A DNA stretch of 64,000 bases, taken from assembly GCA_950097015.1 (NCBI GenBank), contig CATNEN010000001.1:26536001-26600000 (forward strand), given 5' to 3'. Positions 1 to 14,100 of this stretch are shown here, in pieces; within the stretch, counting starts at the first letter, position 1; each line of letters starts with the position of its first letter. The notes beneath the pieces were generated by a model. That model was not told the origin of the DNA, did no database searches, and saw nothing but the letters and a program-made list of their open reading frames with translations. A program made the translations under genes and the position numbers. Origin of the DNA: Macrostomum hystrix (taxonomy: Eukaryota; Animalia; Platyhelminthes).

Positions 1-1899
1 GCAGATTATGTGAGAGCTGAAAAATCACATTTGTAAAGATCAATAAATAAAACTGTTACCTAAAATCCTAATAAAGTGATAAAAAGGCTGAATTGAAGAA
101 CCACTAGAATAAAACTACTTCTTCTCAGAAGTATAATTATATGCGCTCGATTACTGTCCAATGAACTAACTGATTAATAAACGACTCCAAAATTCTTGCC
201 ATGCTCTCGTTAAAATGTAAAGAATGCTTAAAAATATGAAATGATTTTTTATGATTCATATTATTAATATTAGGCTATATCAAGCTAAAAGCAACATCAA
301 GCTACAACTAGCTTTATTGTAGCCATGTTTGTTATAATTCATATATACCGGGAAGTTTGGCCTCCGCAATATCTCGGAAATAAAGGAGACATTTCAGATA
401 TTGTTGTTGCTCACCATGTTTCATTGACATAATCACTTTAGTGCCTGCGGGAATCAATTACGGTTACAGCTCTAGCTAATTGATATCCTCTGTTCGTGTA
501 CTGAGCCCTACTGTTTGATTTTAGTTGCTCAAGACTGGCTGTCTTTTTGCCAGATAAATAATTTTCCACACTCATTGTTTGTTTTGGGATTAGCTAATCA
601 TTATCGTTAGCGCATAGAATCCTTATATGATTATCCGACTATTTATACGGCTATAATCGATTCGTCTATGGCTATGGCTAGGCCTATGTTTAAATTTTGT
701 TATACAACATCATCAACATAGCCATAGGTAGCTATGCTAGGCAGTAGTTACATGGACGAAAAGCTTAATATGAAATATTATAAATAGGGCCTAGCTAGCA
801 AAAAATAGCTAGAATCTCATTAGGGCCTATCATCATAGTCATAATAACTAGGTCCAAGTACTTGAATATGTAAAGTCTAACATTGGTGTTGACATTTAGA
901 TTGGGTTATCTAGGTTTGATTTGAGAACTCTTAAAATTAAAACATATAACATAGTCATAGGCTAGGCCCTAGTCATACTCATGGAGCCTAGTCTAGGACA
1001 AAGGGCTAAATCTGCTAAGCTTAAACTTTAAAAAGATAAAGCTCGAATTCTAAAAAAGGATTAGGATATAGAAAGTTTAATTGCCTTTTAAAACTTGATT
1101 AATTCTAAGCACATGTCTATAAACATTTTCATAGAAAAATTTTACTCCAACTTATGATTATGAATTTTACCTATGGCTAGGCATTAGGCCTAGTCATTAT
1201 TATACCTATGGCTATTGATCAGCTGTACTGTAGGTATACCTGCCTCACTAATTTGCAAGTTGTATTGGTACTTCTTATGTAAAACAGAAATTATTCATAT
1301 TCAGCACTGTTATTGATAGAGATTGGCTCTAGGCCCTATAGTTGCTTATATATACTTGTAATATAGGCCTAGCTAAAAATAGTGTTTTGCTATGACTTGT
1401 TACATATGGCTAGCTATATCATGAAAACTTAAATAGATTTAAATTTTAAATAGGGTCTATTTTCTCTAAGAGTCAATATAAATGAAACCAATTATCAGTT
1501 AGGTCTAAATATATTAAAAGTAAGATTTCAATAAATCTTATTAATATAAATAAGCTAGTGTTTTTTAGTAAATTCAACTTCTAAAAGCTTCTAAATAAAC
1601 TTTTTTAGACAATAACTACCAAAATAAATTATTTAACATGGTTGCCGATAACAATATACAATTAAAGTTAAAGTTTATTGTCTATTTATTTATATCTATT
1701 TCAGAATGAACAGCCAGTGCTGTAAGATTTTACACAACAACCAAATTCTATCTAGCTTGGCTAGCTAGATTAGCCACTGAGAAAATTTTGTCCATTTAAA
1801 CCAAACCATGTCAGTGACAATTATAGTGACATGCCAGTTATAAACTAACCTCAACTATAGGCATCTGTTTAAAGAAAATTACAAATTTGTTAGTCAAGC

Positions 1900-2124
1900 A
1901 TGGCCATGCTACCAGAAGGCTGTCTAGCAGATTATTTTGCTGTTGCTGGTCTCAATGGCGACAATGAATTGAAACCACTAGAGGTGAATCTGGATGAGGA
2001 CTACTTTGTGAAGGATTCCAACAAGCTCGAGCCAATAGTGGACATTGGGATTGTGAACTACACTGAGGGAGAACGCACACCTCAGGGCTTTCAGACAATC
2101 ACTAAAACACCATCAGATAGTCCA
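1900..2124 (+). CDS. DENND4: DENND4 exon 1
   Basis: [19 protein letters not shown], donor GTAAGG at 2125. Confidence 0.85.
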
Positions 2125-5100
2125 GTAAGGCATCAACTTGCTTGTGCTGATTATGGTTATGTACTGTACTGGTTTACTGAATTAAAGTAGCTGATGCACT
2201 CAATGACAGTAGCTGACGCACTGAATGACAGTAGCTGATGCACTGAATGACAGTAGCTGACACACTGAATGACAGTTGCTGATGCACTGAATGACAGTTG
2301 CTGATGCACTGAATGACAGTAGCTGATGCACTGAATGACAGTTGCTGATGTACTGAATGACAGTAGCTGATGTACTGAATGACAGTAGCTGATGTACTGA
2401 ATGAGAGTAGCTGATGCACTGAATGACAGTAGCTGATGTACTGAATGAGAGTAGCTGATGTACTGAATGACAGTAGCTGATGTACTGAATGACAGTAGCT
2501 GATGTACTGAATGACAGTAGCTGATGTACTGAATGAGAGTAGCTGATGCACTGAATGACAGTAGCTGATGTACTGAATGAGAGTAGCTGATGTACACTTG
2601 AATGACAGTAGCTGATGTACTGAATGACAGTAGCTGATGCACTGAATGAGAGTAGCTGATGTACTGAATGACAGTAGCTGATGTACTGAATGACAGTAGC
2701 TGATGTACTGAATGACAGTAGCTGATGTACTGAATGACAGTAGCTGATGCACTGAATGACAGTAGCTGATGCACTGAATGAGAGTAGCTGATGTACTGAA
2801 TGACAGTAGCTGACACACTGAATGACAGTAGCTGATGCACTGAATGACAGTAGCTGATGTACTGAATGACAGTAGCTGATGCACTGAATGAGAGTAGCTG
2901 ATGTACTGAATGACAGTAGCTGATGTACTGAATGACAGTTGCTGATGCACTGAATGACAGTAGCTGATGCACTGAATGAGAGTAGCTGATGTACTGAATG
3001 ACAGTAGCTGACACACTGAATGACAGTAGCTGATGCACTGAATGAGAGTAGCTGATGCACTGAATGACAGTAGCTGATGCACTGAATGAAAGTAGCTGAT
3101 GCACTGAATGAGAGTAGCTGATGCACTGAATGACAGTAGCTGATGTACTGAATGACAGTAGCTGATGCACTGAATGACAGTAGCTGATGCACTCAATGAC
3201 AGTAGCTGATGCACTGAATGACAGTAGCTGATGCAGTGAATGACAGTAGCTGATGCACTGAATGACAGTAGCTGATGTACTGAATGACAGTAGCTGATGC
3301 ACTGAATGACAGTAGCTGATGTACTGAATGACAGTAGCTGATGCACTGAATGAGAGTAGCTGATGCACTGAATGACAGTAGCTGATGCAGTGAATGACAG
3401 TAGCTGATGTACTGAATGACAGTAGCTGATGTACTGAATGACAGTAGCTGATGCACTGAATGACAGTAGCTGACACACTGAATGACAGTAGCTGATGCAC
3501 TGAATGAGAGTAGCTGATGTACTGAATCAGAGTTGTTTAAGAAGGACTCAAATAAGCTAAAGTACACTTTCCCCGCGCTGCCCCAGGCGGACCTGAACCA
3601 CGGCAGCATCAGGGCTCCGCAGCTGTTCCTTTGCTTTCGCCGCGGCCGAGACAAGCCGCCAATCACCGACTTGGGCGTCAGTTACGACGGTCAGGACCGC
3701 CTTCTGCCTGGCACCGAGCGACTCGGCCGCACCGTTGGCAACCGGGTCGCGAATGTCAACAATAGCAGTTCTCAGCACACCTACCTGACATTTAGACGCG
3801 CTGATCCGCAGAATCCAGCAGATTGCCTAGCCGTAGTTGACATTCGGGTCATCCTGACTAACAAGCGCGAGGAGCCGCCGCATGGCTACAGGAAGATCGG
3901 GCGCAGCCTAAACCGCGGCTTGATCGGCTCGAATGTGTTTCTCTGCTATCGCAAGGCTGAGGTCAAGGCCAACTGCCTCATGTTCACGCCGTCTATTTTG
4001 CAACGTTACCCGGCCGACGACATTGATGAGGCTCCATTGGACCGGGATGGTCACCTGGCCAAGTTCTGCATGCCAATGGGTGCGGCTGTTGAGTGCTGGC
4101 CAGTGCAGTCTCGCATGCCCCAGCCAGTGTTCTCAACATTTGTGCTCACCAATGAGAGACACGAGAGGCAATACGGTGCTGCACTAACCTATTATCGACC
4201 GTTTGACCTGCTTGACCGTCTGTCAGCTGAGCAGCTGGCTGTCATTGCACCAGCGGGTTTGAAGGACCAATCGGTACAGGCGACCGTGGCGCTCTGTCTG
4301 GTGTCGCGATATCCGATGTTTGAAGCTTTCAAACATTTTCTAGAATTTCTTCACGATCTCGTACACTCAAATAAGCCATCAGCGGTGCCAGTGGAGAGGT
4401 TTGCATTTTTTAGATTAATTTTGGAACAATAAAAATTCAGATTTAGTCAACAGGACGAAGACAGAAGGCGCGGGTGTGGCGAGGAAAGCGATATCGAAGC
4501 GTCATGTTGTCATGTTCGAAGCAAATTAGTGTATTTTAGCGATGTTAAAGCAATAAAATTTAGTTTGTTTAAACTAATGATTCTAAGATCCTATTCAGTT
4601 AAACTATTATCCCAATCATTTGTACAATTATCCCATTCAGTCTGACAATTATCCCATTCAGTTGGACAATTATCCCATTCACTTGGACAATTATCCCATT
4701 CAGTTGGACAAATATCCTATTCAGTTGGACAAATATCCCATTCAGTTGGACAAATATCCCATTCAGTTGGACAAATATCCCATTCAGTTCGACAATTATC
4801 CCATTCAGTTGGACAAATATCCCATTCACTTGGACAATTATCCCCCACTCCTTAATTGGCTGATTGCTATGCCTCCTGAGTTTGCGAATTCCCGAAAGAT
4901 AAAAAAGTGATCCCCTCCCCAGTTAGGAAATATCCATCACCCTCACTGATTTTGTGCTGTCAATTTTCAAGTATATTGCTAGTTAATGTAAGAATGTGTG
5001 AATCCAGATGCAGATTCAGTTTGTCTAAATTTATTTTTCGAGTGCTTTGTTACCTGGCACTCTAGTCGCACAGATGCAGTACTCTATGTATTAGTTTTAT

Positions 5101-8100
5101 TAGTTGGTGTACATCAAAGCCAGCCACAGCCATTCTAAACTGCTTTATCTGCATTTTCTGATCTATCTATCCTGTTTTACTGCCCTATTTGTGTAGGTGT
5201 AACAAGCTTCCTGTGACCTGTCTGTGTCTCTCATTTGCGCACACAAACTGGTCACATGACATACACATTTAAACAGCCTCAGCGTGTCTGCCTGTCTGCA
5301 TTTTTGTGACATAAACACTTGCCAATTCTCAAAATATAAATGCTAACTTGAGGACCCCATGTGTCGGTGTAGGAGGTCAGCTGAAGGACCGGGTGTAGAA
5401 CTGAAGCAAGTCAGCTGAAGGATCGGGTGTAGAACTGAAGCAAGTCAGCTGAAGGAATGGGTGTAGAACTGAAGCAAGTCAGCTTCAGGAATGGGTGTAG
5501 AACAGAAGCAAGGCAGCTGAAGGAATGGGTGTAGAACTGAAGCAAGGCTGCTTCAGGATCGGGTGTAGAACTGAAGCAAGGCAGCTGAAGGAATGGGTGT
5601 AGAACTGAAGCAAGTCAGCTGAAGGAATGGGTGTAGAACTGAAGCAAGTCAGCTTCAGGAATGGGTGTAGAACAGAAGCAAGGCAGCTGAAGGAATGGGT
5701 GTAGAACTGAAGCAAGGCTGCTTCAGGATCGGGTGTAGAACTGAAGCAAGGCAGCTGAAGGAATGGGTGTAGAACTGAAGCAAGGCAGCTTCAGGAATGG
5801 GTGTAGAACTGAAGCAAGGCAGCTGCAGGACCGGGTGTAGAACTGAAGGAGGGAGAGGCAGAGCAAAGAAGTTATTTGACCTTGCGATAAGGAGATCACA
5901 TTTTTCCAGAGTAGCAAATGAAGCGCATCTCCATGGTAACGCACCATGCAGGTACATCGGCTACTTTCTGCACACGGTTCCTCTGCCAACGCCGAATCGA
6001 CCCTGCATCCTGGCACAGCTGAACGAGACCAAGCGAATCTGCATCTCCCTGCCTGAGGATGCTGCTCTGTCACAGGGGTGAGTGAGACTGTCTACTTCTC
6101 TCCCTTGCCTACCGGTTCTACTGTCTACTCTCATCCCTGCCAACAGATTCTACTGTCTGCTTCTCTCCCTTGCCTACCGGTTCTACTGTCTACTCTCATC
6201 CCTGCCAACAGATTCTACTGTCTGCTTCTCTCCCTTGCCTACCGGTTCTACTGTCTACTCTCATCCCTGCCAACAGATTCTACTGTCTACTTCTCTCCCT
6301 TGCCTACCGATTCTACTGTCTACTTCTCTTCCTTGCCTACCGATTCTACTGTCTACTTCTCTCCACTGACTACCGATTCTACTGTCTACTTCTCTTCCTT
6401 GCCTACCGATTCTACTGTCTGCTTCTCATCCGTCCTCTGCCCCTACTCGATCTCCATCGCGTCTCTTCCCCCTTTCTCTGTCGCTCGAATTATCGAATCG
6501 AGCGAGAGCCTCATCTTCTACTCCCTGTCTCTGTCTGAGCTTATTCTTATCTGCCACGCCAAATTGAGCACAGTTTTTTGAGTCATCCTTTCATGCCTTG
6601 GTTTGTCATATAGGAGTAAAATATATGCACTATAATAACTGTCGCGTGGACAGCGAGTGTTGACACATGCGCACGCCTGCCCTTACCCTGCACAGCTCGG
6701 ACTTTGATGAATTAACCCAGTTCGTTTTCCTAGTGTCTTAAAGTGCAAATCTGTGGCTAGGGATAGTTACTTTTAGGGATTAGAATTCGGAACCTATTTC
6801 CCAGTCACTTTGCGGTATCTTTGCTGGACGTATGTTTCGAGTACGAGTATTAAAGCGAGACTTCTAAAGTACATTATTAACGTATCAGACAAATTTTAAT
6901 AGCAATCAATAGCAACTCAGGACTGCAAGAGTGAGGGAAGGGTTGCCAGAGTGAGGGAAGGAGTGCAGGAGTGAGGGAAGGAGTGACTGAGTGAGGGAAG
7001 GAGTGACTGAGTGAGGGAACAAGGAAGGAGTGACTGAGTGAGGGAACAAGGAAGGAGTGACTGAGTGAGGGAAGGAGTGACTGAGTGAGGGAAGGAGTGA
7101 CTGAGTGAGGGAACAAGGAAGGAGTGACTGAGTGAGGGAACAAGGAAGGAGTGACTGAGTGAGGGAAGGAGTGACTGAGTGAGGGAAGGAGTGACTGGGT
7201 GAGGGAAGGAGTGACTGAGTGAGGGAAGGAGTGACTGAGTGAGGGAAGGAGTGACTGAGTGAGGTAAGGAGTGACTGAGTGAGGGAAGGAGTGACTGAGT
7301 GAGGGAAGGAGTGACTGAGTGAGGGAAGAAGGAAGGAGTGACTGGGTGAGGGAAGGAGTGACTGAGTGAGGGAAGGAGTGACTGAGTGAGGGAAGGAGTG
7401 ACTGAGTGAGGGAAGGAGTGACTGAGTGAGGGAAGAAGGAAGGAGTGACTGAGTGAGGGAAGGAGTGACTGAGTGAGGGAAGGAGTGACTGAATGACGGA
7501 AGGAGTGACTGATTGTGGGAAGGAGTGACTGAATGACGGAAGGAGTGACTGAGTGAGGGAAGGAGTGCCAAAATTGTCAGTAATTCGTTTGGCCCCACCT
7601 GGTTTCGCAAAATGCCTCATTAAAAAAACAAAGAATAATGATTGGTGCTTGTGCTTGAAGAAACCAGTTTGCAAAATAGTTAAGCGAGTTTTTCCTGCGC
7701 AAAGCCTTTAAATGCGGCGTTGAATTTTTGTTTGGGCAGTTTTTTCTACTCGTTAGTATTTAGACTTTTTATGTACTGTAGCGTAAATGATAACTCCGTG
7801 GCTACAGGACATGCCTTATTATTTCTTGCCAGCATGCACTTTAAACATTTGGGAAGTTACAGAGATGCTCTTCTCTCTTTGAAACAGTTGCAAAATTAAT
7901 TCCAGTTTTAAGACAGAGAAAAGCCAAGCCGAGTGTGTCAAAGGAAAGCAGAGAATTCTAGTAGGTTGGGTTTGATTGATAGCCTTCAGTGTTGTTTTTT
8001 GGGAATATAATTGCAATGCCGGCTGTTGCTTGGTCAGTAAGTTTCCCCGATTCCCCAAGCCAGACTCTGCCTACCTTCCGCCTTATGATTAAACTTCCTT

Positions 8101-11100
8101 GTTTTGCTTTAAAAGTGTCTTCAAATCATTTCTATTTCTGTTCTGTTCACACATTTCACTGCTTCTGTTCACACCTTTCACTGCTTCTGTTCACACCTTT
8201 CACTGATTCTGTTCACACCTTTCACTGCTTCTGTTCACACCTTTCACTACTTCTGTTCACACCTTTCACTGCTTCTGTTCACACCTTTCACTACTTCTGT
8301 TCACACCTTTCACTGCTTCTGTTCACACCTTTCACTGCTTCTGTTCACACCTTTCACTACTTCTGTTCACACCTTTCACTGCTGGTTCTGTTCACACCTT
8401 TCACTGCTGGTTCTGTTCACACCTTTCACTGCTTCTGTTCACATCTTTCACTGCTGCTTCTGTTCACACCTTTCACTGCTGCTTCTGTTCACACCTTTCA
8501 CTGCTGCTTCTGTTCACACCTTTCACTGCTGCTTCTGTTCACACCTTTCACTGCTGCTTCTGTTCACACCTTTCACTGCTGCTTCTGTTCACACCTTTCA
8601 CTGCTGCTTCTGTTCACACCTTTCACTGCTGGTTCTGTTCACACCTTTCACTGCTGCTTCTGTTCACACCTTTCACTGCTGCTTCTGTTGACACCTTTCA
8701 CTGCTGGTTCTGTTCACACCTTTCACTGCTGCTTCTGTTCACAAAATGAAAGTGTTTATTTTTGCACCCAAACTCTTTGCAGAGGCGCCTCATTTCACCG
8801 CCTGCTGACTGGGAGCCCCAACAGGCCTGACACCATTGTGAACCTGCTGCTATTCGCCCTGACCGAGCAGAAGCTGGTCATCCACTCGCTGAAGCTGGAC
8901 CACATCACCTGCTTCTGCGAGTCGCTTCGCGCCGCCATCTTTCCGCTGCAATGGGCCTGTCCCTACATCCCAATGTGCCCACTGTACCTGTCTGAGTACA
9001 CTGCCTACATTGGCCCCTTCATTGTCGGCGTTGACACTCGTTATTTCGACAGCTTCAAACCGCCCGAAGATGTCATCTGCTGCGATCTGGACACTGACAC
9101 CTTCTTGGTGTCGCCTTCAAAGGCGCACCTCATGGCTTCCAGTCTGCTGCCGAAGAAGCCGCGAGAGCAGCTCCGCGAGGCCTGCACCAGCCTCATGCTG
9201 AGCTTCCAACGGTGGCACGACGAAGAGCTTCGACGCCGGGAGAAACTGGCGGCCGATCGGCTTATGGATACGGAGGCCGACTGGCGGTACGAGCAGAAGC
9301 TGCACCAGTTCGGCTGCCAGCTCAGGGACGCCTTCCTGCGATTCATGGCCACCCTGCTCAAGGACTACAGGGCTCACCTGCGCAGTGTGCGGCCTCTGGC
9401 CAGGTGGGTTGCCGGCTTATAAAGGGACTCTTAGATCTAGCAGCTCTAGATTTCTGATGCAGGGACTCCTAGATCTAGCAGCTCTAGATTTCTGATGCAG
9501 GGACTCCTAGATCTAGCAGCTCTAGATTTCTGATGCAGGGACTCCTAGATCTAGCAGCTCTAGATTTCTGATGAAGGGACTCCTAGATCTAGCAGCTCTA
9601 GATTTCTGATGCAGGGACTCCTAGATCTAGCAGCTCTAGATTTCTGATGCAGGGACTCCTAGATCTAGCAGCTCTAGATTTCTGATGCAGGGACTCCTAG
9701 ATCTAGCAGCTCTAGATTTCTGATGCAGGGACTCCTAGATCTAGCAGCTCTAGATTTCTGATGAAGGGACTCCTAGATCTAGCAGCTCTAGATTTCTGAT
9801 GCAGGGACTCCTAGATCTAGCAGCTCTAGATTTCTGATGAAGGGACTCCTAGATCTAGCAGCTCTAGATTTCTGATGCAGGGACTCCTAGATCTAGCAGC
9901 TCTAGATTTCTGATGCAGGGACTCCTAGATCTAGCAGCTCTAGATTTCTGATGAAGGGACTCCTAGATCTAGCAGCTCTAGATTTCTGATGAAGGGACTC
10001 CTAGATCTAGCAGCTCTAGATTTCTGATTAAGGGACTCCTAGATCTAGCATTTTTATATTTGTGATGCAGGATTTCTTGATCTAGCATTTCTAAATTTTG
10101 GGATAAAATCTTCTTGTTATAGCAATTCTACCTTAGTAGATTCGTAAAGACTTTCATTTGTAATAGGAAACTTTCAGCTCATTTTATAATAGTTTCCTGG
10201 AATCTATCATTTAAAAAAGTTTAAAATTAAAAATGAATGTTTTTAGCGCAGTCAATTAAGCCCCACAACCTTCATAAAATTATCTTCCACACCAGACATG
10301 AGGATTGCGTGGACATCCGAGACCTGTTCAACACTGACGCCTTCCTGGCCGCTAACAAGTCCAACCTGGCATTCTACAGCCTGCTGGTGAAGACTCAGAT
10401 GTTTGCCCAGTTCATTCAGTTGGCCAGCTTCGACTCCGGGCAGCATCAGCAGCAGCTGGAGTTCTTCGACGAATGCATTCGGCGAGTTGTCCTAGAAGAC
10501 AAGGCTTCATCCTCCGCCCAGACCAGCCTGCAATCTGGCTCCGCTGCCTATTACAATGGGGTTGTGTCCTACGTTGACATGCCAGCGTTTGACGAGGACT
10601 CGGTGGGCAGCGGCGGCGGCGGTCGAGGCAGCCCGTCGCTGTTCAGATACGACTCGGGATTTCCGTCGCGCCTGAACCGGGATCTGTTCATCAATGCCCG
10701 GCTGATTTCTAATGCGTCTACAGCTACGGCCACTATCAAGCGGAGCAAGCAGGAGATGAAACTGGCTCACAAATTTGCCACCGAGTGCAAAAATTCCGAC
10801 GGGTAAGATCGAGCACTGCGATTTCTGCCGTTTTCTACTCATCCAAATAAAGTTATTTCACTACTAGCTACTTTTAGTAGGCTGGTCAGAATATGTTAGC
10901 CTAATGCAGACATTTTTATAGCTACCAGTAAACTGCTGTGGATAACAGGCTTAAGTGGATAGCAGTCAATGTAATTTCTCCCCCGTCTCATTGTCCCCCG
11001 TCTCATCTCTCCCCCGTCTCATCTGTCCCGTGTCTCATCTCTCCCATCTCTCATCTCTCCCCCATGTCATCTCTCCCGTGTCTCATCTCTCCCCGTCTCA

Positions 11101-14100
11101 TCTTCCCCCGTCTCATCTCTCCCCGTCTCATCTTCCCCGTCTCATCTCTCCCTTGTCTCATCTTCCCTGTCTCATCTCTCCCCTGTCTCATCTCTACCCC
11201 ATGTCATCTCTCCCGTGTCTGATCTCTCCCATGTTTCATCTTCCCCGTCTCATCTCTCCCCCGTCTCATCTCTCACCTGTCTGATCTGTCCCATGTCTCA
11301 TCTTCCCCGTCTCATCTCTCCCCCGTCTCATCTCTCACCTGTCTGATCTGTCCCATGTCTCATCTTCCCCGTCTCATCTCTCCCCGTCTCATCTCTCCAT
11401 TGTCTCATCTTCCCTGTCTCATCTCTCCCCTGGCTCATCTCTCCCATGTTTCATCTTCCCCGTCTCATCTCATCCCCGTCTCATCTCCCCCCTGTCTCAT
11501 CTTCCCCGTCTCATCTCTGCCCTATCTTATCTGCCCCATGTCTCATCTCTACCCCATGTCATCTCTCCCGTGTCTGATCTCTCCCATGTTTCATCTTCCC
11601 CGTCTCATCTCCCCCTGTCTCATCTCCCCCCGTCTCATCTCCCCCCTGTCTCATCTTCCCCGTCTTATCTCTCCCATGTCTCATCTTCCCCGTCTCATCT
11701 GTCCCATGTCTCATCTTCCCCGTCTCATCTCTCCCCCGTCTCATCTCTCCCCCGTCTCATCTCTCCCCCGTCTCATCTCTCCCTTGTCTCATCTTCCCTG
11801 TCTCATCTCTCCCCTGTCTCATCTTCCCCGTCTCATCTCTCCCCTGTCATATCTGTCCCATGTTTCATCTTCACCGTCTCATCTCTCCCCTGTCTTATCT
11901 GTCCCATGTTTCATCTTCCCCGTCTCATCTCTCCCCCGTTTCATCTCTCCCCTGTCTCATCTCTCCCCTGGCTCATCTCTCCCATGTCTCATCTTCCCCG
12001 TCTCATCTCTCCCCTGTCTTATCTGTCCCATGTCTCATCTCTAGCCCATGTCATCTCTCCTGTGTCTCATGTCACGCCTGTCTCATCCCATCTGGGTGCG
12101 CCGGGGAACACTTGCTCAGTCGATGTTCAGAAGTAAATAACAGTGTACTGAAGTTACAGTGTACGATGTGCTAAAGTTTATAACAGTTGATGCACTGAAG
12201 TGGATAACAGTCGATGTACTGAAGTGGATAACAGTCGATGCACTGAAGTGGATAATAGTCGATGCACTGAAGTGGATAACAGTCGATGCACTGAAGTGGA
12301 TAACAGTCGATGTACTGAAGTGGATAACAGTCGATGTACTGATGTGGATAACAGTCGATGTACTGAAGTGGATAACAGTCGATGTACTGATGTGGATAAC
12401 AGTCGATGCACTGAAGTGGATAACAGTCGATGTACTGAAGTGGATAACAGTCGATGTACTGAAGTGGATAACAGTCGATGCACTGAAGTGGATAATAGTC
12501 GATGCACTGAAGTGGATAACAGTCGATGCACTGAAGTGGATAACAGTCGATGTACTGATGTGGATAACAGTCGATGTACTGATGTGGATAACAGTCGATG
12601 TACTGATGTGGATAACAGTCGATGTACTGATGTGGATAACAGTCGATGTACTGATGTGGATAACAGTCGATGTACTGATGTGGATAACAGTCGATGTACT
12701 GATGTGGATAACAGTCGATGTACTGATGTGGATAACAGTCGATGTACTGATGTGGATAACAGTCGATGTACTGATGTGGATAACAGTCGATGTACTGATG
12801 TGGATAACAGTCGATGTACTGATGTGGATAACAGTCGATGTACTGATGTGGATAACAGTCGATGTACTGATGTGGATAACAGTCGATGTACTGATGTGGA
12901 TAACAGTCGATGTACTGATGTGGATAACAGTCGATGTACTGATGTGGATAACAGTCGATGTACTGAACTGGAAAACATTCGACTTATCAAATCGGAAAAA
13001 TAGTTCATGAGTTGCCACTTAGGCATTTCTAGGGCACTTTCTGCGGTAGTAGTATAATCTAAATTGGCTTAAGTTTGCCTCCACACTTCTTGGTCACTTT
13101 ATTGCAAATGGAGTAGTCATTGCTCGCATATCTGGTGAGTAGTACTCAGCTTGACGCTAAAGAGGCTCATTTTTCAAGAGCAGAATGGACACTCGCAGCA
13201 TACAACTGCTTATTAATGCAATATTGTGTAGTGGCTTCGCTTGATCATCGATGAGATGAAGGATGGAATGTGAATGAGCGCGGCAGATCGGGTCCGAATG
13301 AAATGCCTTGCCAGACAATTTGTTCCAGCCTCCGCCGGCGCCCCTCTCTCTTCCCCAATGTCTGTTCTGCCTGTCGTCTGGCCCATCTAGAGCCAAGGCG
13401 GCGGGAGTGCTTCGTCCGGCCCTCTGGCAATTGGGAAATTACAGTTTGGGCGCCAGTCTTGCCGGCCTGAGACGTGTATGCAGCTAGTCTCTGTGTGAAG
13501 AGGCCGAGCCGATGAAGCGGCAACTGCCGGGCCCAGATGATGCGGGGGCGGTCGGCTTGGCAGCTCTCTCTCTCTCCTTCCACGACTTGAGAGAAAATTG
13601 AATCAAATCGGCTTATGGGGGTTGGAGAGGCCAGGGCAAATCTGCTCTGCCACTTCGATTAGAGAGGGGCGGGGGTCTAGGTAGGGAAGAGTGCTGAGTC
13701 CTCCCGCGCCACTTAAAATAATTTTTTTTCGTCAGTCAGGCGGCACTTTTCGATTCTGCGTGCGCACTTTGTGTGCATTAGTATTGGTTCACTAGCGATG
13801 GTAGCACTTCTGTGTAACTGTTGGGCTCCGTTAGACAGGAATTTGGCCTGATTGTGTGGTCCTTGCTGCTGCTGCTGCTGTTGTTGTTGCTGATGTCGTC
13901 AACATTCCTGCTTCTATTTACGCCTTCTCCACCACTCCCAGTACCTCAGAGCTTCCTTGGGGTTCACGCTAACACACTCCATTCCTTCCATTCCAAGCTC
14001 TCTTCTTTTCCTTTCCACCTATGAGTGGTGAGATTTAGGTGCGGTTTTGAGATTTCAGTTTTCTGTGGATTTCAGTTCTGTGTTATGGGATTTCAGCATG

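Noticed and set aside
2157-3500. Long ORFs over tandem arrays (also 6877-7674, 11355-13026, 26127-27474, 32043-34653, 45783-48605, 54711-56053, 62478-63990)
   Set aside because: Periodic translations of stop-free repeat units, open in several frames and mostly lying in introns; no protein signature
9423-10050. CRISPR-like appearance of the 38-bp partly palindromic repeat
   Set aside because: Units are head-to-tail with no unique spacers, there are no cas genes, and it lies in a eukaryotic intron
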